Assembly: GCA_043819555.1 (NCBI GenBank)
Contig: JBDREQ010000073.1
Span: 224,001 to 288,000 of the forward strand
Source: Candidatus Zixiibacteriota bacterium
Lineage (GTDB): Bacteria > Zixibacteria > MSB-5A5 > GN15 > JAAZOE01
Direction: 5' to 3'
DNA length: 64,000 bases
Below are positions 19,723-30,428 of this stretch, piece after piece. Each line of letters begins with the position of its first letter. Positions within the stretch are counted from its first letter, which is position 1. The notes beneath the pieces are model-generated. The model had not been told where the DNA came from. It did not search any database and worked only from the letters and a program-made list of their open reading frames with translations. The translations under genes and the position numbers were made by a program.

Positions 19723-22332
19723 TTGGCAGACAATAAGTCCAGAAAACGAATTTACGATATCGCTAAGGAATATAAAATTTCAAGTGATGCTTTGCTGAAA
19801 GTATTGCGCGGCCTGGGATTTATCATAAAATCTCACATGTCGATCGCGTCAAGCGATATGCTCGACGCCATTGATGTTAAATTCAAACGCGAGATAGCAG
19901 AGGTTAAAAAAGATGATGAAGCCCGCAGGCTAAAGCTGCAAGAATTGAAGTCTATAAAACGCCGAGAAGAAGCCAAGAAACTTGCACTGCGAAAACAGGC
20001 GGCAGCCAAAGCTAAAAAGAAAAAAGTGATAGCAGAGAAAAGGGCCAAAGAGCTGGCCGCCAAGGAAATTGAAAAAGCTCAGAAGATTGCGAAAACTGAA
20101 CTGCAGAAAGTAGTTGAAACGACAACGGCGAAAGAAAACATAGATAAAATTGCAATAGTTAGGACTAAAGCTGAAAAAACCGAAAAAGAGGCTGCGAAAA
20201 TAGCCGTTCCCGAACCAAAATCAAGAAAATTAGGCAAAATGGTTCGAGAGGAAGCAAGACCTGGACATGCCATGGCCGCCGCGCCAGCTAAAACCGATAA
20301 GCCTAAAACAAAAAAGGAAAGAACTGATAAACCAGTATCTCGTCATTCAATTACTTCAACTCCCGGTACCGCAAAGAAACTGCAAAAAATGCTTGATCAA
20401 CAAACAGGAGCAGGACGACCCCCCAAGAGGCGGCGTAAACGAGACAAATCAAAGAAAAGAAATGAACATCAAGTCGATACTGCTGCCGTTAAATTGTCAT
20501 TTAAGCAGACAATTGCGACTATGGATTCTGGGAAAAAGATTAAGAAGCATAAAAAACGAAGTCAGATTATGGAAGCTGGCGAGGGATTTGACGCCATTGA
20601 AGTATCGGAATTTATGACTCTCTCGGAATTGGCCAAGGCTTTTGATAAAAAACCGGCCGAACTTGTTGCCAAATGTATGGAAATGGGCATGCTTGCTTCG
20701 ATAAATCAACGTCTTGATATGGACACCATCGAAACGCTGGCTCTTGAATTAGGAATTAATATCGTTCAGAGTGAAGAAGTCGCCACCGTTACTATTGAAG
20801 AGGAAGAGGAAACTCAACTGGAACCGCGCGCCCCCGTTGTCACGATAATGGGCCACGTCGATCACGGCAAAACCACACTTTTGGATCATATAAGAAAATC
20901 TGATATAGTTTCGGGTGAAGCAGGCAAAATCACTCAACATATCGGCGCTTATAGCGTTCAAACTCCTCGAGGCAGGATTACTTTTCTCGACACACCCGGC
21001 CATGAAGCATTCTCGGCCATGCGCGCTCGCGGCGCTCAGGTTACTGATGTTGTGATTTTGGTAGTTTCCGCTACTGAAGCAGTCATGCCGCAAACAGTTG
21101 AAGCAATTGATCATGCCAAAGCTGCTAAAGTGCCAATCATGGTCGCTATAAATAAAATGGATCTGCCAAATGCTAATCCTGATTCTGTTCGCCAGCAATT
21201 AGGGAATCATAATCTTCTTGATGAATCCTGGGGCGGGAAAACAATAATGGTAGAGGTGTCGGCAAAAAGCGGAGAAGGAATAGATAAACTTTTGGAAATG
21301 GTTCTATTGCAAGCAGAAATGATGGAATTGCGTGCCGACCCAAATATTAAGGCACAAGGGACAGTGATTGAGGCCCAATTAGAGAAGGGGAGAGGTACTG
21401 TAGCAACTGTCCTTATTCGAAAGGGTTCCTTGGAAATCGGGAAACCTTTTGTGGCCGGTAACAATTTTGGCCGAATAAGAGCCATGGTTGATGATCGGGG
21501 ACGCGATCTTAAAAAAGCGGGACCTTCAACGCCGGTTATGATTACCGGAATATCAGGCGTACCTCAGGCGGGCGATTCTTTTATTGTGACGTCTTCAGAA
21601 TCAGAAGCACGCGATGTTGCTCAAAAAAGGCAGCAAATAAAACGTGAGTATGATTTACGCCGTGTCGGTACGCCGACAACACTTGAATCTATTTATGAAA
21701 AAATCAAGGATGGTCAGATCACCGATTTGAAGATTGTTATCAAAGGCGATGTTGCCGGCTCTGTCGAAGCTTTAACGGAAACTCTAAGTGGAATTGGCAA
21801 TGAAGAAGTCAGGGTCAATATTATCCGCAGCGGTGTCGGCGCCATAACCGAATCGGATGTTTTGCTTGCTGCCGCATCTGACGCCATTGTCGTCGGTTTT
21901 CATGTGACAGCCGATCCTCGTGCCCGTGAGACGGCCAATCGGGAGAAAATTGATATCCGAACCTATTCCATCATTTATGAAGTAAAAGAGAATATTACTA
22001 AAGCGATTGAGGGACTCCTCAAGCCGGAAATGGTGGAAAAATGGAAAGGTACCGCCGAAGTGCGACAGCCTTTCAAGATTCCCAAAATTGGACTTATTTG
22101 CGGTTCCTATATTCAACAGGGCAAGATGGCCCGTGGAGATAAAATACGAATTAGTCGTGACGGAGTTTTTATTCATGAAGGAACCATCGCTTCTCTCAAG
22201 AGGTTTAAAGAAGACGTAAAAGAAGTTGCGGCGGGTTTGGAATGCGGAATTGGAATAGAGAAATTTGAGGATATCCAGGTGGGCGATCATATCGAAACTT
22301 TTGAAATGGTCGAAACATCTCGGACACTATAA
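19723..22332 (+). CDS. infB: Translation initiation factor IF-2
   Basis: GHVDHGKTT, DTPGHEAF, NKMD, SLKRFKEDVKEV; SD GGAGG before TTG. Confidence 0.98.
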   Translation: MADNKSRKRIYDIAKEYKISSDALLKVLRGLGFIIKSHMSIASSDMLDAIDVKFKREIAEVKKDDEARRLKLQELKSIKRREEAKKLALRKQAAAKAKKKKVIAEKRAKELAAKEIEKAQKIAKTELQKVVETTTAKENIDKIAIVRTKAEKTEKEAAKIAVPEPKSRKLGKMVREEARPGHAMAAAPAKTDKPKTKKERTDKPVSRHSITSTPGTAKKLQKMLDQQTGAGRPPKRRRKRDKSKKRNEHQVDTAAVKLSFKQTIATMDSGKKIKKHKKRSQIMEAGEGFDAIEVSEFMTLSELAKAFDKKPAELVAKCMEMGMLASINQRLDMDTIETLALELGINIVQSEEVATVTIEEEEETQLEPRAPVVTIMGHVDHGKTTLLDHIRKSDIVSGEAGKITQHIGAYSVQTPRGRITFLDTPGHEAFSAMRARGAQVTDVVILVVSATEAVMPQTVEAIDHAKAAKVPIMVAINKMDLPNANPDSVRQQLGNHNLLDESWGGKTIMVEVSAKSGEGIDKLLEMVLLQAEMMELRADPNIKAQGTVIEAQLEKGRGTVATVLIRKGSLEIGKPFVAGNNFGRIRAMVDDRGRDLKKAGPSTPVMITGISGVPQAGDSFIVTSSESEARDVAQKRQQIKREYDLRRVGTPTTLESIYEKIKDGQITDLKIVIKGDVAGSVEALTETLSGIGNEEVRVNIIRSGVGAITESDVLLAAASDAIVVGFHVTADPRARETANREKIDIRTYSIIYEVKENITKAIEGLLKPEMVEKWKGTAEVRQPFKIPKIGLICGSYIQQGKMARGDKIRISRDGVFIHEGTIASLKRFKEDVKEVAAGLECGIGIEKFEDIQVGDHIETFEMVETSRTL

Positions 22333-22333
22333 C

Positions 22334-22615
22334 GTGATTATTGGCTGCTTGAAAGTTATGTTAAATATTCCCGCCGCACATTCACTCAAGGATAAGCGGC
22401 GGGTAGTAAAATCCCTGATTACGAGGATACATAATCGGCATAATGTCTCCGCAGCCGAAGTAGGAGAAAATGAAAGGCATCAATCCTGCCTTTTGGGAGC
22501 GGCCGTAGTATCTAACGACAGCGGTCATGCCAGCCAACGTCTCTCGGCCATTATTAATATGATTGAGCGGGAGAGCGAATCGTATATTGTTGATTATGAA
22601 ATCGAGTTGCTGTAA
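22334..22615 (+). CDS. DUF503 (YlxP-like) protein
   Basis: SLKDKRRVVKSL...NVSAAEV signature; GTG start immediately after the infB stop. Confidence 0.88.
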   Translation: MIIGCLKVMLNIPAAHSLKDKRRVVKSLITRIHNRHNVSAAEVGENERHQSCLLGAAVVSNDSGHASQRLSAIINMIERESESYIVDYEIELL

Positions 22616-23979
22616 TGAAATCGTTTAAGCGTTCCGATCGTATCGCTGATCAAATCCAGCGTGATGTCTCGGATATCGTCAGCGCTATGCTGCGCGATAA
22701 GATTGACGTGATGGTGACTATCAGCTCCGTCGATGTTTCTGACGATTTGCGTTATGCCAAAATTTACTATACCGCTCTTGGCGGAGAGAAGAAGTTGGAT
22801 GAACTAAAAGACGCTTTTGATCGGTCAACAGGGTATATCCAGAGAGAATTGGCGCAACGTTTAAGAATCCGCCGCATGCCGGAAATAACTTTCAGGTATG
22901 ATACTTCACTGGTCGAAGGAATTCGATTGACAACAAAAATTGACCGGGTAGTAGAAGAAGATATGAAAATTGGCGGCAAACAGGAAATTCATGATCCGGA
23001 AACAATTCAGAAAATAATTGAAGCTCTGGATAATTCAGGCAGCGTTTTGATCGTTGGACATATAAACCCTGACGGCGATTCAATCGGATCACAACTTGGT
23101 CTGGCCGGATATCTAAATCAAAGAAGGATTAAATACCGGATCATTAATGAAGGTGCTATCCCATTCAACTATGACTTTTTGCCCGGAGTAGAACAACTTG
23201 AGAATATCAATGATGTCGACGGTGAGGATGAATCGTTTGACACGGTTGTATTTATTGAATGTTCTGCCATTGCCCGATGCGGTAAGACAGCATCTCTAAT
23301 AGACCCTGAAAATCAAAATATTATAAATATCGATCATCATCGCGATAATGGATCGTTTGGCAAGATCAATTTTATCGACTTTGAGGCCGCCGCCGCCGGT
23401 GAGATGATTTATGATATTTTGCTTTATGCATCTGCGGAAATCACCGGTGATATAGCGACCAATCTCTATACCGCAATTGTAACCGATACCGGTCAATTCC
23501 AATATAGCTGTACTACCTCCCGGAGTTTGAGAATTGCCGCAGCTCTAATAGACAAGGGCATAGATCACATCGAAATTGTGAATAAACTGTATCATAATTA
23601 CACTCTGGAAGCTATGCGGTTGTTGGCTACGTCAATAATGAATCAAGAGTTCTACCTGGATGGCAAAGTATGTTTTATGACTATTACTAATGAGATACTC
23701 AAACAGACCGGTTCATCCAAAAAAGACACGGAGGGATTAATAAATTATTCCATCAATCTTGCCGGAGTAGTCGCTGGAGCACTGTTTAGTGAAATTTCGC
23801 CTTCCGTTACCAAGGTATCATTTCGTTCGGATAATGGCGTCGACATAATAAAAGTTGCCGCAAGACACGGAGGTGGAGGCCATCGAATCGCCTGCGGGTG
23901 CACCATTGAGGCTCCTCTGAACGAAGCCAAAATAATAATTCTATCCGATATTGAGGAATTGCTGAATGGAACGATTTGA
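22615..23979 (+). CDS. rbfA: Fusion of ribosome-binding factor A (aa ~1-115) and DHH/DHHA1 phosphoesterase (NrnA-like nanoRNase/pAp phosphatase)
   Basis: RbfA: R.DRIADQI, VS.DLRYAKIYY, R.MPEITF.YD.S. NrnA-like part: HINPDGDSIGS, IDHH, TDTG, SFRS, GGGGH. No stop codon between them. Confidence 0.9.
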   Translation: MKSFKRSDRIADQIQRDVSDIVSAMLRDKIDVMVTISSVDVSDDLRYAKIYYTALGGEKKLDELKDAFDRSTGYIQRELAQRLRIRRMPEITFRYDTSLVEGIRLTTKIDRVVEEDMKIGGKQEIHDPETIQKIIEALDNSGSVLIVGHINPDGDSIGSQLGLAGYLNQRRIKYRIINEGAIPFNYDFLPGVEQLENINDVDGEDESFDTVVFIECSAIARCGKTASLIDPENQNIINIDHHRDNGSFGKINFIDFEAAAAGEMIYDILLYASAEITGDIATNLYTAIVTDTGQFQYSCTTSRSLRIAAALIDKGIDHIEIVNKLYHNYTLEAMRLLATSIMNQEFYLDGKVCFMTITNEILKQTGSSKKDTEGLINYSINLAGVVAGALFSEISPSVTKVSFRSDNGVDIIKVAARHGGGGHRIACGCTIEAPLNEAKIIILSDIEELLNGTI

Positions 23980-24898
23980 CGGCTTGTTGCCTGTATATAA
24001 AATCTCAGGGCCGACAAGTCATGATGTTATCTATAGTCTTCGGCGCATTCTAAATCGTCAGAAGATAGGTCACACCGGTACACTTGATCCATTAGCATCG
24101 GGATTATTGCCGATTACTTTGGGAAGAGCTACAAAACTAACGCAATTCTTTACCGATTGGGATAAATCTTATCAGGCCAAAATAACCTTGGGGATAAAAT
24201 CCGATACACTCGATTCTGATGGTCATGTCACCGATAGACGAAATGTGCCGGATTTGGAAGAAGAATATCTCAAGAATATCTTAAACGGTTTTGTCGGAAA
24301 AATCGTACAAAAAATCCCTTCGTTTTCGGCGGTTAAAGTTAATGGCAAAGAACTATACAAATATGCTCGCCAGGGTATCAAAGTAGATTCACCGAATCGG
24401 GAAGTTGAAATATATTCTATAAAAATATTATCATATGTTCGACCCATCTTAAATATTCAAATTGATTGCGGCAAGGGTACTTACATCCGCGTTTTGGCCA
24501 ATGACATTGGTGACAAAATTGGTTGTGGCGCTTGTTTATCGGGGTTAAAAAGATTGCGTGCCGGTTCATTAAGAATTGAAACCGCCCTGACTCTGAAATC
24601 AGTAACTGAGCTTTTTGAAAAAGGGGAACTTGCCGATCATATCATTCCGATGAACGATGTTATTGATTTTCCGATTTTGAGCGTCTCATCCCAGGCTGAA
24701 AATACAATTAGACATGGTGGCATTCCAGATAAAAAAGAAATACTGAATTGGAATCGCGAGTTTTTACCCGGAAATTTAATCGCAATAGCCGGCCAAAGCG
24801 GCGATATTCTTGCAATCGGTAAATCAAAATGTAGTGCTGCATCACTTAATAATGGGTTTAATGACGATTATTTTTCTTATGTTAGGGTTTTGATTTGA
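23966..24898 (+). CDS. truB: tRNA pseudouridine(55) synthase
   Basis: TSHDV, KIGHTGTLDPLASG, FSAVKVNG, KGTYIR. Confidence 0.97.
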   Translation: MERFDGLLPVYKISGPTSHDVIYSLRRILNRQKIGHTGTLDPLASGLLPITLGRATKLTQFFTDWDKSYQAKITLGIKSDTLDSDGHVTDRRNVPDLEEEYLKNILNGFVGKIVQKIPSFSAVKVNGKELYKYARQGIKVDSPNREVEIYSIKILSYVRPILNIQIDCGKGTYIRVLANDIGDKIGCGACLSGLKRLRAGSLRIETALTLKSVTELFEKGELADHIIPMNDVIDFPILSVSSQAENTIRHGGIPDKKEILNWNREFLPGNLIAIAGQSGDILAIGKSKCSAASLNNGFNDDYFSYVRVLI

Positions 24899-25827
24899 GT
24901 TTTGAAGTGTATACATCGGCCGATGATTATGCCATGAAAAAGGCAGGCCCCTGCGTCGCTACCTTGGGAACTTTTGATGGATTTCACAAAGGGCATGCGT
25001 CTATATTCAGTCGTATGGTTAAAGTTAGTCAGGATATGAATCTTCCGGCAGTTCTTATTACATTTCATCCCCATCCGCGAGTTTTAATTACTCCGGATGA
25101 TCCGCCCCAGCTTTTATCTGTCCCTGATGAGAAAATTGAAATATTAAAAAACCGTTTTGATGGATCTCTGGTCTTTTTGACTTTTAACGATCGATTGAGG
25201 CGCATGTCGGCGGAAGAATTTGCAAAAAACGTTTTAATCAATAGATTCGGCGTAAAATCACTTGTTGTAGGCTATAACCATAGTTTCGGCCGAGATCGCT
25301 CCGGGAATATTGACAATCTTAAAGAAATAGGCCAGAGAGAGAATTTCGATATTCATGTTGTCGGGCCGGTAACTTATAAGGAGTTGCCAATATCCTCAAG
25401 CCGTATCAGGCGAGCAATGAAAAATGGCGAGTGGCCTGACGCAATGGCTATGCTGGGACACCAGTACCCCATTTATGGCACCGTAGTTAAGGGGCTGGGA
25501 AAAGGGAAACAATTGGGTTGGCCAACAATGAATATTGATTGGTCCGAAAGAAAGTTGCTCCCTCCCCAAGGGGTCTATTCATGTCTGGCAACAATGGATG
25601 ATATGACCTATAAAGGGATGATGTTTGTCGGAATTAATATGCTGAATCCCATGAAGAATATTTCGGTCGAGGCTCATCTGTTTGATTTCGATGAGGACGT
25701 TTATGGGAAACAGGTTACTTTATACCCTTCGCATTATCTGAGAACCAATAAGCGTTTTGAATCAACCGAAGCGTTATCGCATCAGATTGCAGATGATAAA
25801 GAAAAAATTGTAAGATTGTTATATTAA
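24895..25827 (+). CDS. ribF: Bifunctional riboflavin kinase/FAD synthetase
   Basis: [38 protein letters not shown]. Confidence 0.96.
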   Translation: MSFEVYTSADDYAMKKAGPCVATLGTFDGFHKGHASIFSRMVKVSQDMNLPAVLITFHPHPRVLITPDDPPQLLSVPDEKIEILKNRFDGSLVFLTFNDRLRRMSAEEFAKNVLINRFGVKSLVVGYNHSFGRDRSGNIDNLKEIGQRENFDIHVVGPVTYKELPISSSRIRRAMKNGEWPDAMAMLGHQYPIYGTVVKGLGKGKQLGWPTMNIDWSERKLLPPQGVYSCLATMDDMTYKGMMFVGINMLNPMKNISVEAHLFDFDEDVYGKQVTLYPSHYLRTNKRFESTEALSHQIADDKEKIVRLLY

Positions 25828-25841
25828 AGAGGAGAGTAGTT

Positions 25842-26111
25842 GTGCCAACAAGCAATGAAAAAAAGAAAAAAATTATTAGTCAACACAAACTGCACGATAA
25901 AGACACCGGTTCACCGGAAGTGCAGATTGCCTTAATGACGGAACGAATTAATCATTTGACCGGACATCTGAAAGAGCATAAAAAGGATTTTCATTCACAG
26001 CGCGGTTTGTTAAAAATGGTTGGGAAGCGCCGCCGCCTTCTCGATTATCTTAAAAAGACAGATATTGAGAGCTACCGAGCATTAATTGCGGAACTTGGCC
26101 TAAGACGTTAA
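25842..26111 (+). CDS. rpsO: 30S ribosomal protein S15
   Basis: [31 protein letters not shown]. Confidence 0.98.
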   Translation: MPTSNEKKKKIISQHKLHDKDTGSPEVQIALMTERINHLTGHLKEHKKDFHSQRGLLKMVGKRRRLLDYLKKTDIESYRALIAELGLRR

Positions 26112-26126
26112 AGGAGAAATTTATTA

Positions 26127-28301
26127 ATGGTACACACAGTTGAGTTGGAAATTGGTGAACGAACATTGACAATTGAAACCGGTCGGATTGCTAAGCAGGC
26201 AAACGGGGCGGTAGTGGTTAGATACGGTGATACAGTAATTTTGACAACAGCAGTGGCTTCGAAGGAACCGATTGATCGCGATTTTTTACCGTTATCCGTT
26301 GAGTACAGGGAGCGGTCTTACGCCGCCGGAAAAATACCCGGTGGGTTTTTCAAAAGAGAGGGAAGACCTTCGGAAAAGGAAATATTGTCGTGTCGAATAA
26401 TAGACCGACCTATTCGCCCGCTATTCCCCGAAGGATACCTTAATGAAATTCAAATAATAAATTTGATTTTATCGCATGATCGTGAAAACGATCCCGATGT
26501 CCTCGGACTGATCGGCGCCGCGGCATCATTGGCTATATCCGATATCCCATTTGATGCGATTTTGGCAGGTGTCAGAGTCGCCCGGATTGATGGCGAATTT
26601 AAAGTATTTCCTACTGTTGCTGAAACTGAAGAAGCCGACATCAATATTACTATTGCCGGTACTGAAGATTCAATTTCTATGGTTGAAGGCGGAGCCTTTG
26701 AAGCATCTGAAGATGAAATGCTGGAAGCCTTAAAATTCGGCCATGAACATATCAAAACGATAGTCGGGAAAATAAAGGAATTTCGAACCGCGTGTGGGAA
26801 GGAAAAGAAAACCTTTACTCCTCCTGAAAAAAACGAGAAACTTATCGCAAAAGTCGATGATGTGGTTGGCGATCGCATAAAGGAAGTCAACCAGATTAAT
26901 GACAAGGCCGAACGAAGCGATGCCAAGCATGAATTGAAAAAAGAAATTGTTGGCCAGCTTGAAGAAGAATATCCCGATGAGATTGATACAATAAAGAATC
27001 GCATCCGCGATTTGGATAATGCCGAAATGCGTCGGATGATTGTCGAGGATAGCAAAAGACTTGATAATCGCGGCTTTGATGATGTTCGCGACATTAGTTG
27101 TGAGGTTTCTGTCCTTCCGCGAACTCACGGCTCCGCATTATTTACACGTGGACAAACTCAAGCATTGGTCGCGATCACGCTGGGCACAAAAATCGATGAA
27201 CAGCGCCTTGATGAACTGGAAGGCGAATCAACCAAGTCATATATGCTCCATTACAATTTCCCACCTTTCTCGGTTGGCGAAGTCAGGCCGATTCGCGGCG
27301 TCGGACGGCGTGAAGTCGGACATGGAAACTTGGCCGAGCGAGCAATCAATCCGATTATTCCGGTCGGCGACAGATTCCCATATACAATCCGAATCGTTTC
27401 CGATATTATGGAATCAAATGGATCGTCATCAATGGCTTCGGTTTGCGGAGGTTCATTGGCTTTGATGGATGCCGGCGTTCCTATTAAAGCTCCGGTCGCC
27501 GGAATCGCTATGGGGCTTATCAAAGAAGGCGATACAGTTATTGTCTTGACTGATATCCTTGGTGATGAGGATCACTTTGGAGATATGGATTTCAAAGTTA
27601 CCGGTACTGCCGAAGGAGTGACCGCCATACAAATGGATATTAAGATTAAAGGACTCGATCTTGAAACCATGCGCATGGCTCTCGAAAAAGCCAAGGCGGC
27701 GCGCTTGCATATTCTCGGTGAGATGGCCAAGGCTCTTGATAAACCTCGCGCTGATTTATCTCAATATGCGCCGCGCATTATTACAATCAAGATCAATCCT
27801 GAAAAGATCGGTGATGTTATTGGACCAGGCGGAAAAATTATCCGGGCGCTCGTTGAAGAAACAGGCGCGAAAATTGATATCGAAGATGATGGGACGGTAT
27901 TAATCGCATCAGTTGATGGTGCGGCCGGTGAAGCGGCTCGCGAGAAAATACTGATGATTGTTGAAGATGCCGAAATTGGCAAAGAATACATGGGTACGGT
28001 CAGGCGAATAGCGGATTTTGGAGCCTTCGTCGAAATTTTACCCGGCACCGACGGACTTGTTCATATATCTGAAATAGCCTATGAACGAATTGAAAGAGTT
28101 GAAGATGTTTTAAAAGTTGGTGATCAGGTAAAAGTCAAGTGTATTAATGTCGATAGCGACGGAAAGGTTCGGCTTTCTATGAAGGCGCTTTTGCCGACAC
28201 CCGAAGGTTATGTACCACCACCACCGCGACCCTCCGGACCGCGAGGAGGCAGCCGCGGAGGAAGGGATCGACAAAGTAACGGTAGAAGACAAAGGCGATA
28301 G
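26127..28301 (+). CDS. pnp: Polyribonucleotide nucleotidyltransferase (PNPase)
   Basis: AGKIPGGFFKREG, HGSALFTRGQTQ, RREVGHG, SNGSSSMAS, GDMDFKV, KH and S1 domains. Confidence 0.98.
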   Translation: MVHTVELEIGERTLTIETGRIAKQANGAVVVRYGDTVILTTAVASKEPIDRDFLPLSVEYRERSYAAGKIPGGFFKREGRPSEKEILSCRIIDRPIRPLFPEGYLNEIQIINLILSHDRENDPDVLGLIGAAASLAISDIPFDAILAGVRVARIDGEFKVFPTVAETEEADINITIAGTEDSISMVEGGAFEASEDEMLEALKFGHEHIKTIVGKIKEFRTACGKEKKTFTPPEKNEKLIAKVDDVVGDRIKEVNQINDKAERSDAKHELKKEIVGQLEEEYPDEIDTIKNRIRDLDNAEMRRMIVEDSKRLDNRGFDDVRDISCEVSVLPRTHGSALFTRGQTQALVAITLGTKIDEQRLDELEGESTKSYMLHYNFPPFSVGEVRPIRGVGRREVGHGNLAERAINPIIPVGDRFPYTIRIVSDIMESNGSSSMASVCGGSLALMDAGVPIKAPVAGIAMGLIKEGDTVIVLTDILGDEDHFGDMDFKVTGTAEGVTAIQMDIKIKGLDLETMRMALEKAKAARLHILGEMAKALDKPRADLSQYAPRIITIKINPEKIGDVIGPGGKIIRALVEETGAKIDIEDDGTVLIASVDGAAGEAAREKILMIVEDAEIGKEYMGTVRRIADFGAFVEILPGTDGLVHISEIAYERIERVEDVLKVGDQVKVKCINVDSDGKVRLSMKALLPTPEGYVPPPPRPSGPRGGSRGGRDRQSNGRRQRR

Positions 28302-28304
28302 AAC

Positions 28305-29573
28305 TTGAAAAACGGTTTTTCCAAAACAACGCTTATAAACGGTATGAGGGTGATCTCAGAGAAGATCCCCTCGGTCCGCTCGGTATCGATCGGCGTCTGG
28401 ATTCATGTCGGTTCCCGAAATGAATCCGAAAATATCAATGGAATATCGCATTTCATTGAACATATGCACTTTAAGGGTACAAAAAAAAGAAGCGCCCTTC
28501 AAATAGCTCATGAGCTTGAATCTCGCGGAGGTGCTATCAACGCCTTTACGTCGCGAGAACATACATGTTATTATGCTCGCATTATGAGCGACCATTTTCC
28601 AAAGGCGATGGAAATCCTTGGCGATATATTGAATAATTCCACGTTTACTCAGGGGAATATCAAAAAGGAAAAGGCCGTTATTCTCGAGGAAATCAAAGAC
28701 GTCGCCGATTCCCCCAGCGATTATATCCATGATTTATTTACTAATCAGATGTGGATGTCACATCCTCTGGGTAAACCGATAATGGGAGACGCTAAAACGG
28801 TGGGTTGCATAAGCCGCAAACTGATTAGTGATTTCTTGAAGGAAAATTACTGCGCCTCAAATTTAGTGGTGGCCGCGGCCGGCGATATATCTCATCGAAA
28901 ATTAGTGGACTATGTTAAAAAGTATTTTAAATGGAACAAGAGTCACGCAAAAGCCAAATTATCCATCCCGAAAAAATCAGAATTCACTCTTCATGCCCAT
29001 CACAATGGAACCAAGCAGACTCATGTCAGCCTCGGCTTTCCCAGCATTAGTTTTGCGAATTCTTCCAGATATGCGATTTTGGCAGCCAACACGTTGCTAT
29101 CAGGAGGAATGTCTTCGAGGTTATTCCAAAATGTCCGTGAAAAGAAAGGGTATTGCTATTCGATCTACAGTTTCCAGGAGTTTTTTCAGGACATCGGCAT
29201 TTTTAGTATTTACTTTGGAACCGACGAAAAATATATGGTTGATGCGGCCAATTTAGTATTGAAAGAGTTAAAGCGCCTGAAAAAAAAGAAACTGGGCCGA
29301 ACTGAACTCTCCCAAATAAAGGATCAACTCAAGGGCAACCTGATGCTATCGCTGGAATCTACAACCAATCGCATGAATCGAATAGCCCGACAGGAATTAA
29401 TGCTCGGTCAGTATGTTGACCTGGATGAAACATCACGAAATATTGATCGAATAACAGCGAATCACATTTTTGATGTAGCCAATGAGATATTTGACTGTAA
29501 TAAATTAACAATGGTTGCATTGGGACCGGTTAAAAAGGATTTGTTGGAAAAAATTAACTGGTCGCTTTTATAG
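28305..29573 (+). CDS. M16 family (pitrilysin-like) zinc peptidase
   Basis: HFIEH inverted zinc motif, NAFTS, MSSRLFQ.VRE; common position after pnp. Confidence 0.93.
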   Translation: MKNGFSKTTLINGMRVISEKIPSVRSVSIGVWIHVGSRNESENINGISHFIEHMHFKGTKKRSALQIAHELESRGGAINAFTSREHTCYYARIMSDHFPKAMEILGDILNNSTFTQGNIKKEKAVILEEIKDVADSPSDYIHDLFTNQMWMSHPLGKPIMGDAKTVGCISRKLISDFLKENYCASNLVVAAAGDISHRKLVDYVKKYFKWNKSHAKAKLSIPKKSEFTLHAHHNGTKQTHVSLGFPSISFANSSRYAILAANTLLSGGMSSRLFQNVREKKGYCYSIYSFQEFFQDIGIFSIYFGTDEKYMVDAANLVLKELKRLKKKKLGRTELSQIKDQLKGNLMLSLESTTNRMNRIARQELMLGQYVDLDETSRNIDRITANHIFDVANEIFDCNKLTMVALGPVKKDLLEKINWSLL

Positions 29574-29575
29574 AG

Positions 29576-30334
29576 ATGGCGGGTCGGGCGAAGATACTTG
29601 CGTTTCATCAAACTTCGCAAAAATTCTATCCCGGGATTAACAATATCAGACCGGGATATTTTTTTTTCATTCTTGAATTATTGAAGAATTTTGGCTTTAA
29701 TTTTATAGGCGTCAGGCAGTATTTAAACGGCGAAGAAGATAATGAAAAAACTCTCGCAATATCATTTGACGACGGCTATGCCGATAATTATGATGTTATT
29801 TCCAGGTTATGTTGCGAAAATATTGCCCCTTTTGTTTTTATCCCAACCGACTATATCGGTCAATCAAATTCATGGGATTACTCCTCGAGCCTCTTCAAAA
29901 CCCGCCATTGTACGGCAAAGCAGCTAAAAGTACTGGCTCAAAAAGGAGCGGTGATTGGCTCTCATGGAAAATCGCATCGCGCTTTTACGCGGATGACAGA
30001 AAGTGAATTGGATAGCGAGTTAAAAATGTCAAAAATAGTACTCCAGAATATTACCGGCGAAGAGACCAATCTCTTAAGCTATCCATTTGGCCGAACAAAT
30101 CAAAGGGTAAACAAACTAGCCAAAGAATGTGGATACAGGTATGGATTCTGCCTCGATTCCCCAAAATCATACAATATATTACCTGAAGATTTTATTATCT
30201 ATCGCACGCCGATATATAGCTGTGATGATTATTTCTCACTCTACTCAAAAATAGCCGAAGATTCGCCATTTGAGTCCTTCAAGAATATAATTGTTAATAA
30301 CCTGTCCGGCGGGACAATTATTACGAGCAAATGA
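29576..30334 (+). CDS. Polysaccharide deacetylase (CE4/NodB) family protein
   Basis: SFDDGY, IGSHGKSH, SYPFG motifs. Confidence 0.85.
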   Translation: MAGRAKILAFHQTSQKFYPGINNIRPGYFFFILELLKNFGFNFIGVRQYLNGEEDNEKTLAISFDDGYADNYDVISRLCCENIAPFVFIPTDYIGQSNSWDYSSSLFKTRHCTAKQLKVLAQKGAVIGSHGKSHRAFTRMTESELDSELKMSKIVLQNITGEETNLLSYPFGRTNQRVNKLAKECGYRYGFCLDSPKSYNILPEDFIIYRTPIYSCDDYFSLYSKIAEDSPFESFKNIIVNNLSGGTIITSK

Positions 30335-30365
30335 CTCAAATATCAGCCGTCACATCCGAATATTC

Positions 30366-30394
30366 TTGATATAGACTCAAAATTTCTCTATTAT
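30366..30394 (+). promoter_or_regulatory. Sigma70-type promoter for asnS-leuS
   Basis: TTGATA-17 nt-TATTAT; SD AGGAG precedes ATG 30429. Confidence 0.55.
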
Positions 30395-30428
30395 TCAGAC
30401 TTTGGTAAGTCGAATCAGGAGTCATATT

